A stretch of 51,743 bases of DNA, counting the filler, from Jimgerdemannia flammicorona (taxonomy: Eukaryota), in NCBI GenBank assembly GCA_003990765.1. It is 2 parts of 2 records of this genome, joined end to end, with 100 filler letters (N's around TTAATTAATTAA, not from the genome) between each part and the next. Parts side by side here need not be neighbours in the genome. Positions count along the whole stretch, not along the records: positions 1 to 25,822 come from RBNJ01000784.1; 1 more part is not named here. One strand, given 5' to 3'. Below are positions 1 through 11,994 of this stretch, one piece after another. How positions within the stretch are numbered: the first letter of the stretch is position 1; each line of letters opens with the position of its first letter. The position numbers and the translations under genes were made by a program. The notes under the pieces were generated by a model. The model ran no database searches, had not been told where the DNA came from, and saw only the letters and a list, made by a program, of their open reading frames with translations.

Positions 1-93
1 TTTTTTTTGGAGGGGGGCTATTTTCCAGACGTCTAGTTGTCATCATCTACGGCATATTAAAATCTATCCGATCCGCATCGTCCCCACCAACAG

Positions 94-868
94 CTCCGGA
101 CGGCCACTCGATTATCCTCTACGGTGGCCTGGGAGAGTGGGATGTCTTGTTCGGGGACGTTGCTGTTCTCGATACGCGTACGTTCATCTGGACAGCCCCC
201 ACCGTTTCCGGTACGGTCCCAACGCCACGGATTAAGCACACTGCAGTACAAGTTGGGGATGTGATGGTTGTGATGGGAGGTGGGTATTATTGTGGAATGA
301 AACAGAGTTGGTGTTGAGAGACGTGTGTCAATATAGGAAGGAGTTTCATAAAACTGATACATGCTTCCTCCTCTCATTTTCAATCCGAAAAGGCGCAATT
401 AACGCCAACCTCACCCTTTCCTCCAGTATTATCAGCGAGACAATTGTCTTGAATACCACCACCTGGTCGTGGCTCACAACCTACACTCCGGCCAACTGGC
501 CGAACGTCACCTCCTCCAGCAACCCACAACCCGTGACCGCGACCGCGGGGTCGAGCACTTCCTCCGGCAGCCCTGACGTGAGTGCCTCCGGGGGCATCAT
601 CACGGGCATCACCGTGGGCGCCATCGTGGGCATCATCGTGGGCGCCATCGCTGCTTGTTTCATGGCTGGCCTGTTCTTTTCTCTTCGGCAGCGCAGGCAG
701 AGGCTCGCCCAGATGGGGAAAAAGGACGATGAGCAAGCGAAAGAGAATGGGGATGGGCTGTTAAAGCCAGATGCGACGTCGTCGAAGCCGAGTGAGTGGT
801 CGGATATACTGAAACCGCATGATCCTGAGGAAGAGAAAGTGGAGGTACGAGGATGGCAAACAGGTTAA
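94..868 (+). CDS. 3' part of a kelch-repeat single-pass membrane protein (gene starts upstream of the window)
   Basis: Exon 94-279 translates to APDGHSIILYGGLGEWDVLFGDVAVLDTRTFIWTAPTVSGTVPTPRIKHTAVQVGDVMVVMG (kelch GG/W pattern). GT-AG intron 280-392 joins in phase to exon 393-868: Ser/Thr-rich stalk, hydrophobic TM (IITGITVGAIVGIIVGAIAACFMAGLFF), basic RQRRQR and a short tail. Confidence 0.7.
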
Positions 869-1243
869 TTTTGATGAAAAACAAACCAAGTTTGAGGAAG
901 ATGCAATAAATCATGAACAATCGGAACAAATGGATGTTTTGGATATATTTCACAAACTAAAAAGTAACCGATCATATGTAATTATATATAATTATATTGT
1001 ACCAAACTCAAATTATTATTGACAACAGTTAAGCTATCCTAATGTGGAATCACACCCTCACGCTCGTCACCTCCATCCCATAAAATTTGCACCACCGCTT
1101 CTCTCCTATCCGGGACCATCTTTTCCTCCGCCGCCTTCACCACGACCGCCCCGCTCTCGCCCGCCAACGCGATCTCCCCCTCCTCCCCTCGTCCGGCCTC
1201 AAGATCCCGGTACGCCGGCTCGTCGAGGGCCAACCAATCGGTC

Positions 1244-1747
1244 TCAATCCACCGACCCGTCGCGATATCGACGTCCAGACGATTTGCGGTGCTTCCCTGT
1301 GCGGCGGGCCCTTGTCTGCCCAACCGTCCGCGAGACGGAAGAAGGCGACGAAGGCGAAAAGCGAGTTGGGAGGAAGTGGATGGTGCGCGTGGTGGGGTCG
1401 ATGTGGGAGAAGGCGAAGAGGGTGTGGATCATTGGTGGGCGTGCACACACGTGTAGACTGTTGAAGGTCGTGGAGTGATTGACAGTCACAATTATGGCTA
1501 ACTGTGTGCGAATGGCATTGATGGTGCTTTTGCTCTCTCGCGCTCATGAATGAAAGTAGAAGGGCTAAAACGGTACCTTAAGAAACCATGCTTCCTCAGA
1601 TAAGAACCTGCCGATATTCCTTACCAACAAGTCCAAGCAAACATCCCTGAAACCACGGCTAATGAGCTGCAACCTCCACAGTTGGCACGGATTGAGGAAC
1701 AACAGGGTTTGGTGCACCAGCTCGAGCGGGATGGCTGTCAAACTCAT
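1244..1747 (-). CDS. Small F-box-domain protein (about 142 aa; 3' end uncertain, possibly degenerate)
   Basis: MSLTAIPLELVHQTLLFLNPCQLWRLQLISRGFRDVC matches the F-box pattern. Exon 1747-1577, donor GTACCG, CAG acceptor at 1502, in-frame exon 1501-1244. The downstream ORF 1039-1323 in another frame may belong to it. Confidence 0.45.
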
Positions 1748-3106
1748 AATAGAGGATGAGATGTCTGAAGACCAGGTCGCGCGGAACGGCTTATCAATGT
1801 ATCCATTTGCTCCAAACAGGGCTTCCTGGCAGGTCACGTGGTATCGTTGCCGGCCAAGATGAACAATGAAAAAAAAAAAAAAAGGGAACTCAAAAACCGT
1901 TCAAACAGCTATGCCATCAATTACAACGGTCTGGGTAGCGGGCGATTTCATGGGTTTCGATATTTGGCTAGAAGCGTCCCCTTCTGCGAATCTGGCACAC
2001 GGCTCAACGTTAAAGTTCATATCAAGGCAAGGCCTATTATCTCGCTGTAAACCAAACAGATCTATGTGGTCAAAATTCAACCGCGGTAAGCGGATTCCCA
2101 ACGTCGTCTACGCTAGTGATGAAGGACCAAACCCCGAAAACCACATCCTTATGCCACCCATCCGTCACCGTAACCGGCGAATCCCGAGAACCCGATCCAA
2201 GCACCCCCGTCGCACCCCGAGGTTATTTCATTCTCCTCTCTGACCACAAACCCTTGCCCAGGTCTGCTGCCTCTCTATCACCACATGCGCCACAAGCCCT
2301 TCCTGGCTTTTCTTCCGCTGCATCTGTAGGCCCGTTCCACCACCTCGCCTGGGCATCGCCCTATGGCCGAGCCGGAATGCAGCACAGTACAAAATGGCGG
2401 CGGAAATATAGCCACCGAATAGGACCCGTGCGACGCGGTCCGGTCGCCTGTCATTTGAATCCCCATGTCTTCGGACGTGCCGCGGGAGGTCAATGATAAG
2501 TTCATGGACGCAGTGGAAACCGCGGCGTACGTTGTGCCACAATTGAGTCGAGTTCGATACCGAGATCGCGTGGTAAGCGGAGCTCCTCGCCGTCGGATCT
2601 CGTCGAGCTGATTCTCGACCCGTGACGGGGTGCTGATTTTCCGAGGACGAGGGATTTCCTGATGCTGTTGGAGGTGGTGATGCGGGGACTTCCGACCGTG
2701 GAGGCGAGATTGAGCGGAATGAAGATACTATATATTAGTAAACAATTATTTGTTCAGACATGAATTCGAAAACACGTGTCGTTCAAGCTATTGCTTCAGC
2801 AAACGAAGTCGATCCGTAATCAAACGAATACTTTGCATTCGCCCAGCTCTTCAATTTGGGCTTACAGGAAACAACCCCCTCTCTACAAGTCAATGTGAAT
2901 GGCGTAAAGAATTGTTATGGTACGTATATATACATATTTTCCCTTTTCGGGCCTACTATTTTCTTCACAGTTCTCACTTTGGCAGCGATAATTAGTCAAT
3001 CGTACAAAACCCTATGTACATCCAAGAAAAAAGAAAACCTGACAAAATGTGTCTACCATACAATATTATCTACCTCCACAATATAATAAGTTCCTGCACC
3101 TCACCG

Positions 3107-6100
3107 TCATCCCTCTCCCACAACCCCAACCCTTCGTCTTGCCTCCCTCCCATTCCCCTCCACCCCCTCCTCTATCTGTACATCATCTTCTTTTCCTTCC
3201 TCAGTACTACCTCTTCCCACACCATCCCCACTTCCATCCCTATGGCCTACTGCTGCTCCTCCCACTTTCCCTCTCTCCTCCTGCCTCGTCAAATTTCCAG
3301 TCACCACCGCGGTCGCGGTCGCTGTCGATGCCCCAACGCTCCTAAACCCGACCTCCAGCAGCTCCCTCACCTTAGCCAAGAACACGGCCGCGGCATCCTC
3401 AGGCACGTAGAGGTTCGCGCTGATCGAATCTAGCAACTTGTCGAGTCGTGTAAGGGTCTCGCCGCGGCGGTAGGGTTCGGTCAGATCGACGCGGCTGTTG
3501 AGCAAGCGAAGCAATGAATTCACTATTCTCATGCGGCGAAGCAGAAGGTTGAGGAGAAAAGGGGAATGGACGTACTGTTCATATCCGCGGTAATCCCGGA
3601 CCAGTTCCGAGAGCTGAACGAAGAGTTCGGGCGGAATGCGGTCGGAACGGGTGATGTCGCGGTCGCAGGCGTACGGTGTTCCTGTCGCCGTCAATGAGAG
3701 AGAACATTGTATCAAACGCCTTTGACTGAAAGAAATGTATCGAAGTAACGAAGATGCGACAATAAAAGATAAATAATGAAAATTGACACACACGGTATCC
3801 ACCATCCTCATTCCACCGTGCACTGATGGACAAGTACTGCACCCGTGACTGGTTCGACGGATGCCGCGGGTCGTAAGGGCTCACAATCACACCAATGAAT
3901 GGTTCCACGCCCGTATCTCGGCGAAACAGCGCCTACATTCGAGATAGACGCCAACGAAGATATGAGATTTGCATTACATTCTCCTCCTCCCCTTAACAGC
4001 ATCGCCACAAGATCAAACCGCACACCTCCGTATCACACGCAAAAGCACGACTACCTGATATGCCGACTGATTCTCAATATCCCTCACGCTCGGGTTTGGC
4101 TCGAAGGTGGGATGGGAGTGGTACCAACCCACGACAACAAGACCGCGCTCAGCGAAGACCTCACGGGCTTGCATCTCGGAGGCCGGATCCATCTCGCACT
4201 GGATGCCCGTACTCAGACTGCGGCAGGGGAACGCCGCGACGACGTAGAGTACGCAGCGGTCCGGGTCGTACGTGCCACCGAGGAGGCCGATGATTTCGGT
4301 GTGGGCGAGGTGGGAGTGGAAGTCCATGACGAGCTGGGAGGATGTAGCGTTAGAATCGGTTTGAAAGTCACAATGGAGGCATAATGTCGGGCCCTCAACG
4401 AAAATCACATACCACGACATCCGACAGAACAGCGACCCTGAAGGGTGCCGGCTCCCTCGCCGTATAATGCTTCATGGGGATCAAAAGGAACGGGTCGTAT
4501 GCGCCGTCTGCACCACCGTGATGACGATGATGGTTCGCGCCTTGTGACGATGATATCGCCTGCTGTCGCTTGAGATAGAACTGCGCGCGTTTGTGTTTCG
4601 GTATCTTGGTGTTGACTGATCAAGATGGCGAGACAGATTAACATACGGACCGCGCACAGAATGAGTCCCAGGACACAATTCGTACCATCGACCAAGATAA
4701 CTTGCCGAACTATCGCATACCCGTACCCACCAGGTATCTCTCCCGGCGCAAAGTGCCTCGCATTCTGTGCGGCCAGCCTCTCCTGTTCATATAGCTCCTG
4801 CAGCTCCTCCTTGGTCATACCTCCGAGCTCGTCGTCGTCGCCCTGGGCGGCGCCGTTCTCGTGCGAGATGACGCGGCCCTCGAGTTCCTTGGGGTCAACC
4901 CTGAATTGACCGCGCATAGGCCAAGTTAGAATAGATGCGCATGAGTCGCCAATGAGACGAATACAACTGGAAGTCAAAACATCAACCTACCACTCGCCAT
5001 ACTCGTTTCGTACGCGTCTTCGACGAGGTCTTCAATGTGTTTCAAGTTCAGCAATAGGATTCATAAGCTATCTGGCCAAGATTTCCATCTCGACCACCAT
5101 CAACACAAACACAAAAACCGACCCCCAGCTTACACAGTTCAACCCTGACATCAATACCCACCCGTCATACTCAGCAATCCACGCAGGCATCTCGACGTCC
5201 GCCTCTTCATCCTCCTCCTCGCTCCTCTCATCCGCTTTACGACGCACGGCCGGCCGCTTGGGCTTCGGTGGGGTGGTGATGCACCCGACGTTAATGGCGC
5301 CAACGCGCTCAAGGTAGGTGTGCACGCGCCCGATGGCGTTGACGTCACCGCAGTCCTGGCGTGACGAGCAAGCCGGGTAAGAGTCATGGCATGGATGTAC
5401 GCACCCGAGGAATTTCACGTCCACCCACCTTTAAGCCGGGCCTGATGCTCGTCTTTGTCAGGTACCTCGGCCTACACCTCGCCCACGCGCCGAGGATGTA
5501 GTTGCGGATCTTGGCGTACCGCTCGGGTGTCTTGGGGTGTTTCCCGACGAACCATTCGGAATTGTCACGGCGTTCCTCGGCGGTCACCGTTGTTTGATCG
5601 AGAATCTTGAAGTGTGGACGCGAGAAGGAGGGCATGCGCACAACGAATGCGGGAGTTAGTGGGGCCTGTCGGATTTATCCAGTAGAAGAGAATCAAGAAA
5701 CAAGTTCCGGCAAGAAAGATCCACAATATACCTTCTCCTGCGCCGACCTTCGAGTCCCAAGCCCACCATCCTCGCTCTCGTCCGCGTCCTCGTCCTCTTC
5801 GGCCTCGTCCCCTCCCACCCTCCCCTTCGCATCCACATTGTCCTTCGCTTCTCCAATCACCTCCCGCGCACCGCCGTGAAACCTCCCAGAATGTCCACCC
5901 TCTCTCACCACTGTCTCTTCCACATTCGCCCGCCCGCCACCAATTGCATCCTCATCCACCACGCGTACGACGCCCATCGAATCGACCACCCCACGCATAT
6001 CACCCTTGTCACCTTCGCCAGTGACAAAGCTGGCTGGCGCCGGCGACGTCGTCGTCACCTCTTCACGGATCGTTTGTCCCTGGACGTTCGCACACACGTC

Positions 6101-7826
6101 GCCATCGCTCTTCCCCCTCCCTTCCTCTGCCTCAGTTAGCATTTCCATCTCCATCTCGGTCTTCAATACTGCCTCTGTCTCCCTACCTCGCCCAACCTCT
6201 TCCTCATCATCAATAAATTTCGTCCTCACCCCCCCGAAACTCACCGTCCTCCCTCTCTTCGGTGGCGTGTCCCCAACAGCACCACCCACAATCTCCACCT
6301 TCACAAAACCCTCCACTTCCTCTGCCCTCTCCTCCTCCTCCCTCCCTCCTCTCTTCTTCACCCTTCCCGACCCCGCAAACGGTGATGGCGACCGTGATCC
6401 GCTCGCTGCGAGCCCAGTCCGCAGCTGCTCCGGTTCCGATTCTGGGGACGGCGACGCATTGTTAACAAGCATCTCGTACACACGGTCGGCGCCAACAGTA
6501 CGTGACCACCGACCCGGAGCGAGAGATGCGGAGATAGACGCCGAAGCGGGGGAGGATCGGTCGTCGTCGCTGTCGACGTCGATGTCAATGGAAATGTCCG
6601 AGTCATCCGTGTCCGCATCGGCGGCGGCGGCGGGAAAGGGTTTCGGAGCGGACGGGTCAGCGGATGAGGTCTCCAGCGCCAACTTGGCCGCCTCGCCCGC
6701 CTCACCCGCCTCGCCCACCACACCCACCCGATCCACCGTGCCTCCAACCCCCTCCGCCATCATCTCCTCAACCACATACTCTGTCGACCCCGGTGTACCG
6801 GCTCTGCCGTAAGCGTCGTCCTCTCCGCCACTCTCGGAGGTGCCGTGTTTACGCTTAAGACGCGAGGAAGACGCGGAAGAGGAGGGCGTGCCGCCCGGAG
6901 TGGTCTTGCGGCGTTTGGACTCGTCTCCTGAGTCGTGGGAGGAGGATCGGCGCAGGTTGTTGGGTGAGAGGGGAGCGGGAGCGGGAGCAGGAGCAGAGGT
7001 GAAGTCAGGAGCGACATCGTCATCGATCTGGATGGGAGAGGGTGGATTAAGAAAAGTTTTTGTTATGAAGGACTTTGCAATTGTTGATAGAGAATGAATT
7101 TGTTATCAGGACGTGGCGTTCGAATGTACCTTATCCGAGACCAGCAAATGTCGAGCATGATTCTTGCATTGTAACGGGTTGCGCGTCCCCACGACGCCTG
7201 CAATAACTTTCCAATTGCCATATCCGTGGCGTTTCTGAAGAATGAACGATAGTGAATATGTGCTTAAAGAAATCGGTAACGCAATTCTATAGGACATGCC
7301 AGTAAATGCCGAAAAATTCGTCCAGGATATGTGCGCCGCGCCCGTACGTACCAACCCGTCACGAAGCCTCTCGTCTTCCTCGGGAGTCCAGCGCGTGTTG
7401 TGCGAGGGGAGGTCGGCTGACGAGAGTTTTGTTTTCTCCGCTGCTGCTAAATGCGATGATAGAAGGTGACGCACGGCATTGTATATCAAGAAGTTGAATT
7501 CGTGATTTCGTTCATTTGCTGCCAAAACGCAACCCTAATTAGCTCCCAATCTACGCCTCACCTTCATTCTGCAACCGTCTCCTCGCCTTTGCACCCCCAC
7601 CCCCGCTTTTGCTACTCCCCGCATCCTCCTCATCGGCTCCCCTCCTCCTCTTGCTTGCCGAATCCTTTTCCCTGCCGCCCGCCCTCTTCCCGGTCGCAGC
7701 CCCAGCCCGGGACGACGCATGCCCCTGTACGACCTCGAACCCCCCAAAGCTCGCAGACCGCCCGCCAAAGTAGTAGTCTTCCTCAGCGAGCATCTGCTCG
7801 ATCAACGCGCGGGACTGGTCGTCCAT
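3107..7826 (-). CDS. MYSM1: MYSM1-type histone H2A deubiquitinase (Myb/SANT + SWIRM + MPN+/JAMM), about 13 exons
   Basis: N-terminus [64 protein letters not shown] (7446-7130). [19 protein letters not shown]...[34 protein letters not shown] (5665-5290). Linker [31 protein letters not shown]...[20 protein letters not shown]...[16 protein letters not shown] (about 4500-4055). All introns GT-AG and in phase; last exon 3494-3107. Confidence 0.92.
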
Positions 7827-9435
7827 TCCCGTGGTATCAATAGATTGTTCCTATGGCCGTGTGGAAGGGAAACGAGAAGATTGGGATGCCTTTGTGTGAA
7901 GATGATGGCAGATGGGGGGGGGAACGATTCGATGTTTTTACTTGTGCTCTCCTACCGTTTGGGAGAGCCACTCGGGAATAGAATAGGCGTCATCGACGTC
8001 GTCGAGGTGGTCTTCGTAAGCGTCGGAAGGTGCGGGCGTGCCGCGCTGACTAAGATTTCAATCGTTCAATTAGGGGTTTCGTAACATACATTCCAAAACC
8101 GCCGCATGCTCTGGCCATTCGACTAATTCTCGCGCACCTCGCGCACGTGCATTTTTTTTTGGGGGGGGTTCCTCTCACCTTGCCGTGCGACTGCGTGAGC
8201 CATCCGCAGGTCCTACAGAGAGTTCTGTGGTAGATATGGGTGTCCCATCGTCGCTGAAGTCGTCGCCGTCGATGTCGATGTCTTCCTCGTCGGCCATGTT
8301 TGTGGATGGACGTGTTTGAGCGGAGGCTTGAAACATTAACCGTCACTGTCTGCGTCAGCACAACACCCTATCACGTGCGTGAAACGTTTATAAGCTGCGC
8401 CATCTCTACTTTTGCGTCGCGTCTACATATCCGATGGACCTCAAAAAAAAAACTCCAAAGTCCGGCAAATTGTTCATATCTGAGCTTAAAAGAGATAAAA
8501 TGCTTAATCCTGTCTTTCACGAAAAATTGAACTGTTCGGGGGTGCATTCAGCGGATACTTCCGACCAGTTCCATATATGGGCACTCGAGGAAATCATTCC
8601 CGATATACTGCCTCGAAACCATCCTATGTCATATCGCGGTAACGTAGCTCGCTGGATTACTGACCTAGCCAGGCAACCCGGCCGTTAGGAATGTCAGCAC
8701 CTTTTGGGGATCATAAGAAAAGCTCTCGAATGGAACTCGCGCGAATGAGTTGGTACGAATGATCCGCAAAATGAACGTCAGCATCACAAAACGCTGGTAC
8801 TGTACACTAAGGTACCATTGAATACCTGCGCCATACATGTGTATACCAAGTACGCCACGCAATTATGTGACGTGATTTTATGATGAAGGGTTTGGAGGAA
8901 AAGTTTCATCCTTATCCACCATGCACGCAATAAATCCAGCCCTCTCAAGCACAGCCAGTGCGGGAAGGTCGATGAGATGAGCGTGCGACGTGGCTATATA
9001 TTAATAATGCGCCGTTCACTGATCTTTATCCAATTCTACCCCTTCACAAATATTGCGCTCACCACGCTTGGCTTCGTTGGTGCCGACGCCGATTTGTATC
9101 TACTTTTAGTGATGGATGTGTAAAATAAATGGGGTGCTTTTTGTTTATTTGTTTGAAAAATGTACAATTACATATCCATATGCGCTTCAATATATATAGG
9201 AGCATTTTTTTTACAGATTTTTCTTTCTTTTTCTTTCGCACACCAGTTGATAAGTGCCTATTCTATAAATAAATTTAGGCATAGCAACAAATAGGCTGAA
9301 TAGGCTAAAACTCTATAGACTGTTTGGGTACAGAGCCAGAAGGAAGGGGAGCTCGGGTTACGAGCTTGAAAAGGAGATGGTGAATGAGGCGAACAGGCTG
9401 GGCTGATGGCCACGCCCATCCTGGACCCGTTTACC

Positions 9436-9525
9436 CACGGATCCACTTACCCCCCACGGATCCACTTACCACCACGGACTCACTTACCATCACGGACCGG
9501 CTTAACATCACCGACATACTTACTT
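9436..9525. repeat. Degenerate 18-bp tandem repeat, about 5 copies
   Basis: Units cacggatccacttacccc / cacggatccacttaccac / cacggactcacttaccat / cacggaccggcttaacat / caccgacatacttac. Confidence 0.8.
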
Positions 9526-10045
9526 GGCTCCGCCCATCAGACCACCTTGACGGATCAACGGGGGGGATTGCTTATTATAGGGGTCGGCTGGTGTCTGTGG
9601 TGGTCGTTGTTTGTCCATCCCGGAATGCCGTCCAGCCTCAACCGTCGTAGGCACTGAGAGCGGGGAGGGGGGAGGGCTTGCCGGGAAATAAAATGAGTCC
9701 CGCGAGGAATCCTGAATGTGGAGAAGGTTTGTGGGGGTTTTTTTTTTTTTTTTTTTTGGGAGGGCTGAAATTTATACGTTGATGGTGGAGGAAGATTTTA
9801 TTCGACCGGATTTTTAATGCTGGGTGAGGTTAAGGCTTTTTGGGGAGGACGGCTTTGGGCTCGTGGAGATAAGGATGAAAGATGAGGTTGATTGATGTCC
9901 ATGTGCTTGACTTTTCCTGTGTTTGAGACATGGATATAATAATATAAACTGGGCACGCTTATGAACATGATTTGATTTCGGCATTTTGTTTAACTTCATT
10001 TGGCCTTTGCATTTCGCCTTTTTTTATCTTCTGTTGCCATACTTT

Positions 10046-10128
10046 ATATTCACATAGCCATCGGAAATCGAGAACTGTGACCTTGATATTCACATAACTA
10101 TCGGAAATCGAGAACTGCGGCCTTGATA
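10046..10128. repeat. 40-bp tandem duplication
   Basis: atattcacatagccatcggaaatcgagaactgtgaccttg followed by atattcacataactatcggaaatcgagaactgcggccttg. Confidence 0.9.
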
Positions 10129-11994
10129 AGAACATGGACTCTCTTATACATATATAAAGGGGGAAGAATACAAACCTGAAGAAAAGGAGTGCCTAGGCCA
10201 CAACGAAATGACTTTACATTCATCATTCCTCTTACACGCGCTAATCTATCGACCACAAACCTGCCCACGGATCGTTCGATGACTCACCGAGTTTTCTAGC
10301 GCAAGCTTGTGGAACATCTCATGGAATGGGACGGCATGAACGATCGGTTGTTGAAATGATCCCGAGGTCATCAGGGTTCAAACAATGTATCAGATTTCAG
10401 ACGGGCGTCCGTTGGTGTCGTCGGCATCAGCCAGTTCTTTCTGGTGTGACGAAGCCCGCTGGTCGGTTTGGGCCCTGACGTGTCAAGATCTTGAGAGTTT
10501 CTTTTTTCTTTTTTCTGCGTCCAATTCGGAGCGCAAAAGGGCCAGAAATGTGCACGGGCCGGCCGCCTTTGTCGGCAGGCTCCCATGTGAAAGCTGCAGG
10601 ACGGCGCACATGGAGAAGAGGGGTTGGTGTGCGATCTGATAGTGGGTGATGGTGAGTTGAGTGTGTTGGTAAGAGTCGCACGTGTGCCGTTTGATCGATG
10701 GCGGTTTAGTGATTTTGTGGAGATGAGACTTTGAGACTTGACAGGAGGGATGAAAAAAAAAAAAAATTATGCAGGTCATGAGGTGATTAAAGTAATTTAT
10801 TTTTGAACGTAGAAAAAGTTGACAAAAGGAATTAGCATCACGGGTAGGCCTTGTGAAGCCATAAAATTATGCTTAAATTTTTTGAATGTTCTGGGGAAGG
10901 AGATGACATCATGACACTTTTACTCAAAAAGATACCGAGCGTTATAAGCGAGCGCCAGGTTTTCAATAACAAGGGGAAGGGGACTACTGTGCCTCGCAAA
11001 GACCCTATCCCGTTTCGTCGTGCATGCATCCGCGTTTGCACTCCGACCATTGAGTAGCGCATTAAGAGGTCCGGATTTCCTTGTTTGGGAGGATCCATCG
11101 ACCACGCGACGTGGGGTTGGGGGAGAGGTCGTCCCTTGCGCTTCACTATCAGCGGGGGGGTGGGGGGAGGGGGGCCAAATTTTTTTGAAATCTCGAAAGC
11201 AGGATTCACTCATGCAGGTTGACACGATGGGGCGAGGAAGGGCGCACGGCTCGTGATTTGATGCGGGCGGCAATTTATTTATCATGCGGTGGGCGTTTAT
11301 TGTGCGGGTGCAGACCGGGCAGGCTGGCGGGGGCGATGACGTGAGTTCGTCTGTCATGTCCCGAAGAGGGGGTCGGGGTGGCACAGATGGTTAGCGAATC
11401 GGGTTGGGGGGACAAGGGACGGGGGACTGGTGTAATTGTCGCCTTGTGCCATTTGCGCTTGGCAGCCGCGGGCAAGAGTCGGAGGGTGACACAAGCGCAC
11501 ACAAACAACACCATCCCATTTCTGCACCCCGCCTTCTGTCAATCTCGTCCCGCCACTCGTTTGCAACCCCTCCGTTATATTGTACGAATTATTATCCGAA
11601 CAAAACATTCATTAAATTACTTACCATACATACACAACCCCACACCATCCACATCCACACAAAGAACAAATACTCTCTTTCTCCCATACCCTCCACACCC
11701 CGGTCATCAACCAACCACTCCGAACTCCGAAAAAAGGACCCCCACCCCCTGCCCCCCTCCCCGCACCCGCACCGCACCACACCCTTGCCTACTTCAGACC
11801 CCTCTGAACACCCACCCCCTTCTCCTCTTCTACCACTCCATACCTCGATTGACCATCGGGACATAAATCACCATCGCTCGCCCTTGCTCCGTGTGGTGTA
11901 TAACTATAAAAAAATCCAGAAAAGAAAAAAAAAATATACAACACCCCCCCTCCAAAAAAAAGCAACACTCAACCACCCCCGTAAACAATAAACG

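Noticed and set aside
1866..2720. Several overlapping short ORFs on both strands
   Set aside because: No recognisable motif or coherent exon structure; possibly a decayed gene but unsupported.
9517..9735. U1 snRNA-like start ATACTTACTTGG with downstream GATCA and ATTGC
   Set aside because: Mismatch in the invariant ACTTACCTG, wrong loop spacing and no proper Sm site; it is the last unit of the 18-bp array.
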